Assembly: GCA_973895155.1 (NCBI GenBank)
Contig: OZ316893.1
Location: 25,716,698 to 25,780,697 of the forward strand
Direction of reading: 5' to 3'
Source: Marsupella aquatica
Taxonomy: Eukaryota; Plantae; Marchantiophyta
Length of the DNA stretch: 64,000 nucleotides
Made by a program: the position numbers and the translations under genes. Positions 36,217 to 48,779 of this stretch are shown one piece after another. Each line of letters opens with the position of its first letter. Position 1 is the stretch's first letter. The notes below the pieces were generated by a model, which saw only the letters and a program-made list of their open reading frames with translations, did not search any database and was not told where the DNA came from.

Positions 36217-37386
36217 CTTTTCTGCCAAGACTTGATGTTCTGTCCTATGCCTCGTGTAGGAAAACTTTTTTGATTGTCAATTGATTTACTTTCATTGTTC
36301 AACGACGGACAGGTCCTAGACAGGAACTGGGAATATTCAACTCGACTTGTTTTGAATCCCGGACGTGCAAGGTCCGGTAAACTGAGCGGACACCAGGCAA
36401 ACATATTTGCTGAATCACCTGCTCATTAATATCTAGTACTCAGGAAATTTTCGTAGGCCCTAAACCTCAAACGCTTACGTCCCTCCTTCCTCCAAAGCAA
36501 AGGAACTTTGTTTTCACCAGACCTGCATTTGGATTGCTTGCAATCCCCTATATGGTTTGGACGAGAATACGCAGTGGTACGAAGTGTGGGAGAGGAGAAC
36601 ATACAAGAAGATCCGCAAGAACATGACCTTCGGAAACTTCTTGCAAAGAATTGTATCTAGGATATGATGGGTTGAGCCTTGTGAAGGTGTTTCCTTCGTT
36701 GTTTGGTCTCGACGTCTTCTCTGTTCTCAGTCATCGTTTATCGTAGGACTCGTTTAGGCTTTTAAGCTACACTTTTTGTAAGGAGACGCGGGTGTAAGGA
36801 GTTCCGTTTCCCACCCCGTGGCATGCTTCACTGGCACCGCTCTCTGAACATTATTCCTCACTTCGTTGTTTGAGTTTGAAAGACTCGGCCAGGGGCTCCT
36901 CCTGCTCCGGAGAGAGCATTCAGTCTTCACAGTGAATAAAATAAAATCGGCTGTAAGCATTTTGTGTTGCACTCCATAAATAATACATTGCATGATGTGT
37001 GTACATCTCGAATCTCGCAACATTGTTTGGTTTTATTTTCGAGCTATTGATCACAAGCCTTCTGAAAGGATGCTTAGCGCATAGGCAACTGCTGCTTTCA
37101 ACTCTGTAGCAAACCTACTTGTTGCCTCCTTGTTGCCTCCTTGTTGCCAGTCCGGGGTTTGTGTGTTGTGGATTTTAATCCGTAAGACCCAGAAGAGAAC
37201 TCTTGCGATAATTTCTCAAACATCTTGTGTCGTTTGAACTGGACCGCACCCAATGACTAGACCGCATCCAATGACTAGAAAGTGGAAACCAGTATTGGCA
37301 GATTGGCCTCTTATCAACACAGATATCTCGAAGCCATTCCTTTCAATATGGACTACTTTCAATCCTGGTTCACAATCTGAAGCTAG

Positions 37387-38066
37387 CTAGTGAAAGATCC
37401 ACTCGATTTCCTTTCTCATTTCCGCTTCTTCTTCGGGATCATAGTGGTTCACCATCCCGAAAATTCGTCTGATCTCCGCAGGAGTCTTGCCCGTGATCAT
37501 GTCCGCAGCTCTTTGACACGTCAAATCTAACAAATTCTTCATATTGAGGTAGTGGGCTGCCTGCAAGAAGCAAGAAGAACCACAAGAAGATCATAAGATT
37601 GGAGTTCATAAAGTCACCGTATAGGAACCTCAGCACTACCCACTAACCTGGAGGTGAAAGAGAATACGCAATGTAATCAAGAGAAATACCCTAGTCACGA
37701 AGTTTAGAATTAAAACAATTACAATAGCTCGCTTCAGTATGTAAAACTTACGTTGATGAGACCGACAAGAGTGCCATGATCGACCTGGAGAAACTCAGCA
37801 TCACGCTGTTTGATCTCATCCTCGGTAGCTGCTGGCTTCTCATCTGTTATCTGTTCAAACTGCCAATGATATGCGTAATAGTCTATGACCTTGGCCAGGA
37901 TATCTCTGGAAACCTGGGGCAAAGGAATGGTACTTTCGCTTCCAGTGGCCTCCATTATATCTGTCAACGTCTCTGAGTATTGCACAACGGAAATGTCCAC
38001 TTCAAATATGACACCATCCGACGACTGGAGCTGCACCTTCCTGTTGACTCGCCTGTTAATTGACAT
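37387..38066 (-). CDS. SKP1: SKP1/ASK-like protein, divergent; exons 38066-37752 and 37560-37387 (162 aa)
   Basis: [36 protein letters not shown]...LIN|[34 protein letters not shown]. The intron sits at the conserved plant SKP1 position. Confidence 0.92.
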
Positions 38067-38519
38067 GTTGGTTGATCTGGTCGTTGCTCGCTTGACTACC
38101 GTTCAGCGTTAAACACTACTTAGTTGCCGTTCCCTCGAGGGGTTGTCTGCTCGTAGCCCAGAAGATTTGCCAACGCGCAAATTTTTCCTGTTGAAAGGTT
38201 TTGATATGTGCATATTACAATTGTTGGCAATGAGGCTGAAGCGATTTCTTGACTATATACTTTTTACGTTTAGAGTCTCGATCAGATATGTGCGCAGCTC
38301 TATCGTTTACATGGCAAGATAGCCGAACGAACTCTCTCCACAAGTAGGAAAGCTGGGAAAACACAAAATATACCAAGGATCGCGAGTAAAAGGTGCAAAG
38401 AGATGCATACCATACCTGACGGTTAAGCTCAAAACTCTGAAGATGTTGAATATGCACTCTGAATTTGCAAGCCGCTCCTGCCTCAACATGAAACTGAAGA
38501 AATCATCCTTGCTGAAGAG

Positions 38520-38529
38520 CTATATATAC
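38520..38529 (-). promoter_or_regulatory. Putative TATA box of the SKP1-like gene
   Basis: TATATATA upstream of a probable 5'-UTR intron (donor 38415, acceptor 38188). Confidence 0.45.
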
Positions 38530-40370
38530 TTGCTTGTAGAACAAAATGAAGCGTTTGTGCGTAGTCGTTGGTCAGTTTCGTATGATACTGCTGAATGACT
38601 TCAAGGGAACACGTGTTTGGGCTCTGAGTCACCTACGAAATCAAGCGTTTGTAGTCTTTGGTTAGTTTGGTATGAATGCATTCAAGGGGATAAGTCTTTG
38701 GTCTCTGACTCATCTAGCAGGATCGAGAGCACTGGTTGGAGCCAGGGTTTAAATTTTTGACTGGCCGGCGGGGATAAAAAAACAGCGCTTTAGAGACCAC
38801 CTGTACCCAAGTAAACGTGCATTTAGCCTGGCTGACATTCCTTGTGACAGGTGGGAATGCTAGCTGCAACAATTCAAAGAGAACATATTAATCAAAACCC
38901 AAGAGCTATTGTCCAGCAATTAGTTAGTATCATTGGTTCCTGGTCGGGAATGAGGACAGGACGGGGGTCCGGATGCGATTGCTGGGAGGAGACAGGAGGA
39001 GCCGCTGTCAAGTGTCAAGTTCTCCAAATTCTCAGTGTCTGTAGGGAGAGCGAGCCGCAGCAGTGAGGGCGTTGTGAGGGATGAGCGAGCTCCTTGCCAA
39101 ACACATTGCGTTTGAAGGAGGAATTTTTTGAGAGGTTTTGCAAAGCAGCGGCTGTTTGTGAGGTGGACACTGGTTTTTCTGTTCTGATTGACATTTTGCC
39201 AAGCCTTGTGAGGGCCGCGACTGCAAGGTGGGGCGAGAGACAAGATTGCTGCAAAGGGAGGATGAGCATATGAGTGAGCTTGGGAGGGAGGACAAAGAGA
39301 GCTTGATTGTGGAGGCGATGCGCTGCTGGCTAGGATCACTCTGTCGGATGTGCATGTCACAAGGTGTTGACAAGGTGATTAAGATAGTGGCGTAGCACGA
39401 ACAGTAATGTGCACCTACATTACTTTCTGTCCCTCAACCTTGTTCGGATCCGTGCAAGTCGTCTATTTATGATCCTCTGTCCAGAACAGATTGCTAAATC
39501 AACGAAATGTTGTTCATGAGGGGATACTCCTTGAACGCTGTAGATGTTTGGGACTATGGCTGATGCACTTGGAGATTACCTTCGTAAAGCATCTTGTAGC
39601 GGTTTGAGGATTGACTTCCTCCCTGCAAGAGATTTTCTGGATTCAAACGTACTTAAAGATTTCCTACGTCATAAATTATGGAGTCTAAAAATTTGAGAGA
39701 GCAAATCTGGATCTGATATTGACGCGCATCCCCTTATTGTTTACCAAGCTCATATATAGTGCCTATTTTAAATTTCAGACGTTCTTGGTGACCTATTTAA
39801 ATTGTCCCTATTTTAATCCAATCAGGATGTTGCCCACCTTCTCGCTGCACTAATATTGGTGCATCATGAAATTGTTTGGATATCAAGAATGTTTATATTG
39901 TGGTCTAACGAACAGCTCACAATTGTTTGTAATGCTGTCGGGAAGTACCAGCTACACGAACCACAATCTTCAAGGAAATATCTGCTGGATCAAATCTGCA
40001 AACGGGAAATATGATTTGAGAAGTTGTGCATGTACAGTTCCACTCAGGCGATTATTCCCTTTGCTCTGAATTCGTGTCAGTTCTAATTCGGCACCCATTC
40101 CGAGGGTGCCTTCTACACAACATTACACTACTCTGAGTGCCGATTCTGCCTGCATGATACGATTCTTTCGGCGATATTTGATTCTCCTACCGAGTCTTCA
40201 AATTTTGTTGCTGGCTTTTCTGATTACATCAACCATTGGTCCTCATTGGGAAATCTTCGACTCCAGCAGCTCTGTTCCAACTCCATAAATTCGCAGGAGG
40301 CATTGGATGATTTGGGCCCTGCTACCCTCTAGCTCGGACAGCTCCAGGTCTGGAGGTTTTGATTCACTGT

Positions 40371-41360
40371 TCATGACTTGACCTTGGCTAGTTCTTGTTG
40401 AACGAAGACTTGAATGTCACGCATCAAGACTTTCTGCAGGACCAAATCGAAGGCGAAGAAAGCATGAAACCCGAAGAAATACTTCTTCACCACGACGTTG
40501 TCCTTGCCGACGATTGTGGCCATCATTTTGGCGTACTCGAGTTGTCGGTCCTTGAGGATGTCGTGTGTGCCCATGGCGAGAAAGATTGGAGGCAATGGCA
40601 ACCCCTTCAGGTTCGGAGCATTGGGACCTGTCACATTGGCGGCCTCGTGGTCCCGATCGGCTCCATCAGGGAGAAACGCCTGCCAGAACCAATCCGCCAT
40701 TCTGAGGGTCAGCAGGAAGGGCTTCTTCACTGTCAGCTCAGATTTCACCCTCTCCACCCCACCGAAGAACGGCTGGAACAAGATCCAGGCTCGAATTTTG
40801 ATGGGGCCCAAATCCTCCTTTACTGCTCGACATCCCATCATGTGAGCGATATTCCCTCCCGCACTGTCCCCTGCGAGGATGGTCTGAGACACATCTGCCG
40901 AAGCTGGGAGAGAATCTGATCCGGCCGGTGTCTTCTGTAGCCATCGTAATCCTTTGAAGCAGTCCTCGTATTGCGTTGGGTAGCGGTGCTCGGGTGATTG
41001 GCGGTAGTTGACTGAGATGAGCACGGCATCGAGGGCCTTGGCGATCTTCCTGCAGAGCTTGTCATAATCGCTCGAGTTCGCATGGAATTCGGCGAAGCCG
41101 CCGCCGTGGAAGTAGACTACTACGGGATGTTTCACATCTTTGCGTTCGCTGCCGTCGGGTGCGAAAATCCGAGCCCAGACGTCGCATTCCGGTTCGATCT
41201 GCACGTCAGTGGTGTAAATTCCGTCGACTGGAGTTTTGTTGGCTTTCACTCGCACGTCTATCATTTCGTGAACGCTCCTTTCAATTGTCCCATCGTTTTT
41301 GAACATTAGAGGCTGCAGCTTTCTGATCAACGAGCCTGCCAGTCGAAATTTCAAAGCCAC
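40371..41360 (-). CDS. Carboxylesterase, alpha/beta hydrolase fold-3 (CXE / GID1-like), intronless; start codon unresolved
   Basis: VVVYFHGGGF, VNYRQSPEHRYP, GDSAGGN (Ser), QPFFGG, GTHDIL (Asp), GFHAF (His): complete catalytic triad. Confidence 0.9.
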   Translation of the reverse strand: MALKFRLAGSLIRKLQPLMFKNDGTIERSVHEMIDVRVKANKTPVDGIYTTDVQIEPECDVWARIFAPDGSERKDVKHPVVVYFHGGGFAEFHANSSDYDKLCRKIAKALDAVLISVNYRQSPEHRYPTQYEDCFKGLRWLQKTPAGSDSLPASADVSQTILAGDSAGGNIAHMMGCRAVKEDLGPIKIRAWILFQPFFGGVERVKSELTVKKPFLLTLRMADWFWQAFLPDGADRDHEAANVTGPNAPNLKGLPLPPIFLAMGTHDILKDRQLEYAKMMATIVGKDNVVVKKYFFGFHAFFAFDLVLQKVLMRDIQVFVQQELAKVKS

Positions 41361-41694
41361 TATTCTCGATCATGTCGCCCGTTACATGAACCACCCCGAG
41401 GACATGTGATTGACAAACAAGCGAGTCAGTGAGTGGCAGATCATTCTATCTACTTAGATAAGTTAGTGGTGGAGCTTGGGACTAAGAGTCCAGGAACAGA
41501 TTTTGACACTCAGATTCATTGTCTTTAGTAGGTCTTTTGCACCTCCAGTCCCTACCCTGCACCTAATGGCAAACTTCAGATCTAGAAGTGCGGTCCAGTG
41601 ACCATGAGCTGATTGAATCACAGTGATTTCTAACCAGCAGAATAGGAAAGATAGTGCATCTACCGAGGCATCTATTGTCTGTTTATGAGTTAGC

Positions 41695-42870
41695 TCACAT
41701 ACATGCTTTGAGTGGGTGGTCCTCAGTCTCCTCGCCGGTCTCGTCTACCTCCACTGACAGTTTTGCCTTGTCATCTTCAGGTTTTCCTGCCTCAGTCGCC
41801 GAAGATTTGAACGAGATGGACGAAGATTTCACCCCGGCGACAGCTTCATCTGAGGGTTCCTCCTTGAGATAATTGAAGGTCCTGACCGTCCTCAGTAGAG
41901 TGGCCGTCTGCTGCAACGATTTCGCTGGCGGTGTAAGTTCTGAACGACACCAACAAGCATGAGCATTCAATTATGATACCGTTCATCCGAAGTCATGCTT
42001 TGCGCGCTCTTAATCAAGTCCCCGATCAAGTACACCGTTAGAGAGAAGGAGACCCGCAGCACAATGACATCCTCCACAGTTCACACAATTTGGCCGAGCT
42101 TGAAGCTGACCCTTCCTGATAACCAAAGTCAGTAGACATTCTCAACGAAGACTCTTCCTGGATTTCTGCTACTTGTTAGTTTCCACTAATGAGTTAGTGG
42201 TGGAGCTTGGGACTAAGAGTCCAAGAACAGATTTTTCCACTCAGAGATTTTGCCCCTCAGATTCATTGTCTTTAATCTAGGTCTTGAGTGGAACGTAACA
42301 AGTAACCCACTCGACCTTCGTCGAGCCCGTCCACGCCAGCTCGACTCTACTGGTCGCTCCGGACTCGAGCTGATGAATACCCAATTATCCCTGAGAGCTC
42401 CCTGCTGGACTCAATTCACATTCGACACAACTGCTCGAACCTAGACATGTGCTGTACTTGAGCATCATCAAACTCACTGCGGTGGTCACGTTGGGCTTTC
42501 ACTCGCTCTCAGGAAAGCACATATATGTGCAGTCCGCGATTTCGCACAAAAGAGAAATCCATTTTATTCACTTATTTTATAAACGGGGTTGAGATTAACG
42601 GACACCGACAAGCGCTGGACATAGTCGATTCCGGTGCCCAGTTCCGCAAATCTCCATCTGTCAAGTCTGGCTTGCGTCCCTCGCTGCAAAACAAGTGTAA
42701 TAGCTTAGTAATTTATCACACTAGGTACTCACCACTCACACCCTTCTTTTTGCCGAGCTCATCGTTTGAGTCTGCGATCAAGGACTTGAGCGTTGATACG
42801 TCTTTGGAGTCCTCGGGCCCCGGCGTCGTCGTGGTCACTCCTGTGAGGTCCTTCACCGACATGGCTGCTG
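41695..42870 (-). CDS. Possible multi-exon gene or gene remnant of unknown function
   Basis: Charged, coding-like segments 42868-42725 and 41940-41695, with plausible splice signals between them; no recognisable domain. Confidence 0.3.
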
Positions 42871-44649
42871 CTACTTCTGCTTCTGTTGTAGTTTGTTGAA
42901 GAACAATTGCATACACAACGCACGGTGGGCACAGTTTAGATTTCCCAATCAATCAGGCGACTCAGGTTATGTATTGGACTGAACCAGTTGGAGAGCATCA
43001 ACACTAGAACGGATGGAACGGGGGAACAGTTTCAATTCCCCGATCAATAATCACTGATTCATGATTCAGGCTGCGTATTGGATCGAACAAGTTGGAGAGC
43101 ATCAACCATACAATAATGTTCTGGCACACTTTCAATTCCCCAATCAGTGCCTCCGGGTTTTCACTCGCTTGATCCTTGCCGACAGTATTCTGAAGCGCAC
43201 AGCAGCATTCGGCTAACAACTCAGATTCATGAAACCACGAGCTCTTTATTGCAAACCAGATGTTGAAAGCAGATATTTGGTACGGGAAAGAGAGAATACT
43301 GGAATTTCTCATCGTGCCATGGCATTCTGGTAGGTCATCTTGAAAAGTATGACGATGAGACGACTCTTCATCTGCATGGTAGGTTAAAGCGAGAGGGCAA
43401 AGGCCAAAAATTGCCTTTAAAATAGTGGGGCTGGTGCACGCCTTTCATGCGTTTCATGTGCTCTGACTGACCTTGATGTCGGTCAAGCGATAGTTGGCTT
43501 GATGTCTGTCAAGACATAGTTGAATTTGCTGACAGTGAAATGTATAGAGTGAAATGTATAGGGTAATGCAGATCTGGGCGCAGGGTTGGGTTACTAGGAT
43601 GTAACCTTGGGTCCTGAATATGAAAAAAAGCTGACTGGCAGCTGGAAAACTTCTTTGAATATCCCGGGAGCAGGTTATAGCCTATAACCCCAGCTTTGCC
43701 CTCCACTAGCGTATGCCCGGAAAGAGGTTACCGGCTCGACTTTTCAGGATAGCAGATTATGACTATAGCAGGCCCTGCAGAAAAATAATGGTTACACACG
43801 TTAACTTCTTCTCTTGACAGGAATTATGGACATCACTTTAGACACAATGATGCCTGTACCACATTTTGGTGATACATGAGTTTGGTGGTACATGAGAATT
43901 TTGGGTTTAATAATTTGATTATTATGAGTCTTAAAATATATATTTCACTGGCAAGGTATTATATATCTCACAGTGCCTAGGGGCAAAAAACTCCTAACCT
44001 ACATAGAGACAATCCCAAACGCCAAGGAAACCAATGAAGGGAATGAAGGGGAGGAAAAGAGTGGAAAGTGCCTACTCTAGAGAAGGAGGAGACAAACACA
44101 AGCTCTAAATAATCTACACACTATAATAAAGGATCTCGCTTTGCAGGCATAGGAAAATAAATTGGCAGGAATTAATCCCAACCATTAGATTTAAAGAAGG
44201 ATGTTGTGATCCTTTGGGAAAAATACATAGTTCTGTATAATATCCCATTTTATATATTTTCTGTAGGACACCCTTCTCACATTTTGTGTGTCTTTTGTTC
44301 CCTTTAATTCCCTTTTTACACTTTGCTTTCTCTTTTCTCTTTTGTGTGTGTCTTTTCACTTTTGTTCAAAACTAATTAATTGGTCACTATTTGTGGTATC
44401 ACTCATTGACCACTGCATGTCAGGACTGAAGTGCAATTTAGTACACATTTTCATCAGTTTTTTTGTTTTTTTGTGGGGTGACATCTTTTATAAAAACAAT
44501 TGGATTTTTTTCTTTAATATATTTTTTCATGATTAAATTTTATAGTTAAAAATTAAATCCCATCCTAAACCATATATTCCCATATTTTTGTGCAGGTAGA
44601 CCCTCTAATTCTTTGCTAAAATAGATATTTGTCCTTCCTCGGTTGGGCC

Positions 44650-45130
44650 ACACCATCTTTAAGGCAATGACATCCTTTATGCAACTACTTATTTTCCACA
44701 ACATCTTTTATGCAATGACATCTTATGTACGTGCGACGCACAGGTGCTGAACACAACCACGATTACTGTATGGCTGGGATGACACATAACATGCTTCAAC
44801 AACTACCTCATGAATCTTTCATATTCTTGCCTCGCCTAGACATTTTATCTCATTATATGATCTGTTTCTCTCCCCAACATCTTTACATCACCTTGACATG
44901 ATTTTGTTCTCATCTCGATGTCTTTTCCTCATCTCGACATCTTTTCTCTCCTCTGCATTGTTTTCTCTCGAACGTTGACATCTTTTCCTCATGTCACAAT
45001 CATTTTCTCACATTGACATCGTTTCTCACCTCGGCATCTTTCCTCAACTCGACATTTTTTTCTCACCTTGTCATTTCTGTGCAATGCACAGGCATGGGCA
45101 GGGCATGGGGTTCGTATTTCATATTAACAT
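44650..45130. repeat. Dispersed repeat copy 1, containing a GACATCTTT minisatellite
   Basis: Shares start (cacataacatgc..caactac) and end (tgtgcaatg..catggg) with 47980-48500; units are the reverse complement of the AAAGATGTC family. Confidence 0.7.
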
Positions 45131-46943
45131 AATGAAAATTAATCAGATTTATAATAGAATTTACCCCACCACAATCGATGATGAATAATTCAACTAAAAT
45201 GGCCAACAATGCACCACTTTGATGGAAGTGTAGCTCACCTACTTGTCTAGCACATTCTCAAAACTCAAAACTATTTAAATTTATGGACACCAAATTATTG
45301 CAATTAAACTCAAATTTTGGGAACTGTGGTCCATGGGGGGTTTCAAAGACCAATTAAAGTTGTGGGTCATGGGAACATCATTTTCTAAATTTGCTTGAAC
45401 ATGGTTCTCCGCTATATCAATAGTTTGACATTTGTTGTATTTTTAGAAAAGGATTGCAGCTGGACCATCTCTGATGGGGTTATTAAAAGCTGGTGAGCCA
45501 AACCTTGGACTTCTACTTTCCGGGGGTATATTATGTACAGTATGTTTGGAGAAGAAAGGATAAAAACCCATGGCCCCCAAGGGGGTTATGGAATGTAATT
45601 CCCAAAGGACTGGCCATGGATTACAAGCTTAAGCCTCAAGTGTAGTTTTACTCTAATTTTGATTTGAAAACTGCATCTGAAATTGGATTACTCTCCAGGC
45701 GGCTAGCCAAGGGGCCAGAATCTCATACCCTTGGGCCAGGCTGACAGGAGGGTAATGGCTTGTAGCTATCCATAGAAATACAAAGAGAGTACATGAGTGA
45801 TTAAACAGGGGACTGGTTTTGTATGGTTTCTGTCAAAATTCATAGAATTGTGAAATACAAATAAGCGTTAACATATATCATGTTAGACTAAAATGAATAA
45901 TCATATAGATCATTCTTATGTTTTTTTCATAAGTGGATTTTGCACATAGTAAAATTTGGCTGACTATCTAAAGTAATATGTAGCAAAAGCCTATTAAAAA
46001 TAGTACTTTGTGCCTTTCAATTGGGACCTTATGGCCTGGCTAGGCACTTAGGCTTGCGCTTAGGTCTCAAAGTTTTATCATAAAAGTGATTGCTTTTGGC
46101 TATGAACAAATGGCCTTGACTTTTTCACTAGCATCTACAGTTTTTTCGCTAGCATCTACAATGTCTTATGGCCATAGCTTATGATCATTCTTTGCATAAA
46201 AAGTAGTATTTAACCAGAATGGCTAACCCAATAGCGGATTGCCAGATGATGGGAAAGTAATGAAGAATGAGTCAGTTTGTTTAATTATACTGTCTAAGAA
46301 TTAGACCTAAGGGTATGTCAAAGTATGCATTATGAATTTGTTAGTCCACAAATTTTTCTATGGGTAACCTTAATCTAGTACACTGTCCACCGCAATAACA
46401 GTGAAGAGTTAGATCTAATCTGTGTCCAAGACATGTTTTTAGCACTCTAGGAATCATGCTAAATAATTATTTATGTTATAAGTCAAACTATTTATGGGCT
46501 TCTGAGAGTTATGAAAAACTAACATAACAATCTATGTCAACAAGATATTGAATGCCACTGATCCTTTACACCGTCTGCTGTGTGTTGTGATCCTCCGTGC
46601 ATCTCAATATTCAACTATACTCAATAGCCTTCAGACAAAGTATATTAAAAGTGATTGAGTTAAGTCAATTCTTCAAGTGATTGGCTGCTGCAAATGGACT
46701 CCTGGAGCTTTAATGAAGCTGCTGGGTTAGAGAATGTTATTGCAAAATTAACTAATTAAAGCTTAATCTTTGAGCACTTGAAGCATTGTCACGTGAGCAC
46801 TACACTTAGTGATTTACAATGATTGACAATATGGATGCATATTAATGTCAAAATTTGTATGACTTGTGATATGGCTGCCTGCGACCATTGCCCAACCGTA
46901 GAATGTATATAATTACAAAAAAAAACTCACCATCTGTGTAGCA

Positions 46944-47012
46944 GACACTGCCTAAGTGGTAGTCAAGCAGACTTGGGCCAAACAGGATAGGGGTTTGAAT
47001 CCTGCCTGGCGC
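46944..47012 (+). other. tRNA-derived SINE-like head, degenerate
   Basis: A-box-like tgcctaagtgg and B-box-like ggtttgaatcc at tRNA-like spacing; no intact cloverleaf. Confidence 0.35.
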
Positions 47013-47979
47013 AAGTCTCTCTTGTAACAAACCCCACCTACAACTGGGGTTCATTCACCAACTTTGACACTTAGAAAAAAAATCATGTTCACTTGTTTTT
47101 CCGTGGGCACTGGGCAGCCAACGGGGATGGCCGGGGGCAGGGAGCACACGAGGCTCATTAATGAGTCTTGATATTGCTGAACATTTATGTGACTTCATGT
47201 GGATTGCAATTAAAGTGACACTAAAATTAATGTGACACACTATTTCAGGTGAGACTAAAAGATACCTATGTTTGATAACTAACACCACACTCCTACCTAA
47301 GTTAGAGTGACTAACATTAACTTGGTACTTAGTAACACTAATTCTTTGCACACACTAAATGGAGTCAGGACAATTGCACATCAAACACTGAAAGCCAGAT
47401 ACATATTTAGTACACTTAGTAATAATTTAAACAAAATATTTTCTTTATCATGGTGTGAAGTCACATGGTAGACCTTATCAAAACTATAATACACTGTTTT
47501 GCCAAAAAATGCAGTGGTTGTAATTCAAATTTGGGCTGCTATTTTGAGTGGAAAAAATAAAAACCTGAAAAAAGTGGAGCAATCAACCAAATGTGCAAGA
47601 ACGCAAGCAAGAAGAAAAAGGAATCAAAATCATAGATTGTTATGTTAGTTTTTCATAACTTTCATCAAAATGTTGTTTTTTTTCTACACCATCTAAAATA
47701 AATGAATGCCCAAACTACCCTTTAGCCTGCCCTCACCTGCCTGAGATTAAAAATTTTATTAAATTTATTCACATTTAAATTTGATAATTTGGAAAGGAAT
47801 CTTTGAAAATTTTGTAAAAATTTTGAATAGAAATAAAACCTAGAAAATATTTCTTTCTCTAAAATTTTAAAACTTGAGAAAAATGTTCTTGTTTCTTGGT
47901 TGTGTTTGGACTCTATGATACGATGGTCCTTATCTCGTGTCTCCAATTTCTATGTACAACGCATGGGTTATTGAGCATG

Positions 47980-48500
47980 ACCACAACAATTGCATGGTCA
48001 GGAGCACACATAACATGCCTCGACAACTACATTGCAAAATTTATATATTTTTACCTTGCCTTCACAGATTTTCTAATCTTTACATATTTATCTATCTATA
48101 ACATCTTATCTTGCCTTGAAAGTTTTGTCTCACATTGACATCTTTATCTCATTATCACATGTTTTTTTTCACCCTCTCTTCTCTCCTTCAGATCTTTTTT
48201 CACCTGGCTTGACATCTATTCCTCACCTCAACATTTTTTTTCACCTCGACATCTTATTTTTTTCTCATCTCGTCATCTTTTTCTCATATTGACATCTTCA
48301 TCTTAATCTTTATCTCACCATAACATCTTTCTCTCACCCCAACATTTTTTCTCTCGTCAACATCTTTTCTTCATCTTTACATTCTTGTATCACTTTGCTA
48401 TCTTTTTTCTCCTCAATATTTTTTCTCACATCAATATCTTTTTCATCTTGACATATTTTGTGCAATGTCCAGACATGGGGCTATTATTTTCATATTTTGA
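47980..48500. repeat. Dispersed repeat copy 2, containing a GACATCTTT minisatellite
   Basis: Diverged direct copy of 44750-45130. Confidence 0.7.
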
Positions 48501-48534
48501 TGTGCAATTACCCCAACGTCACTAAATGCACTGA

Positions 48535-48750
48535 ACAATGTATTTAGTGAGCAAGTAATCATTGGAAAGGACCACAATCATTCATTTCTATTACGAGTCT
48601 TTTCTCCGAGCAGGTTGTCTCTTCTCATTTGTTCCCTATGCTACAATGTATTTACTGAGCGAGTAATCATTGGAATGGACCACAATCATTCATTTCTATT
48701 ACAAGTCTTTTCTCCGAGCAGGTTGTCTCTTCTCATTTATTCCTTATGCT
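48535..48750. repeat. 108-bp tandem duplication
   Basis: acaatgtattta...ttctccgagcaggttgtctcttctcattt...tatgct at 48535 and 48643, with a few mismatches. Confidence 0.95.
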
Positions 48751-48779
48751 ATTCCTGACGTCATTTTCTTTCCTAAATA

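Noticed and set aside
39400-40350. Possible additional decayed gene or viral fragment
   Set aside because: Only short frames, with no motif I could recognise.
40371-41360. True gibberellin receptor GID1
   Set aside because: It retains the catalytic His, and its N-terminus is CXE-like rather than carrying the GID1 lid motif.
46944-47012. Functional tRNA gene
   Set aside because: Only A/B-box-like remnants; the acceptor and anticodon stems do not pair.
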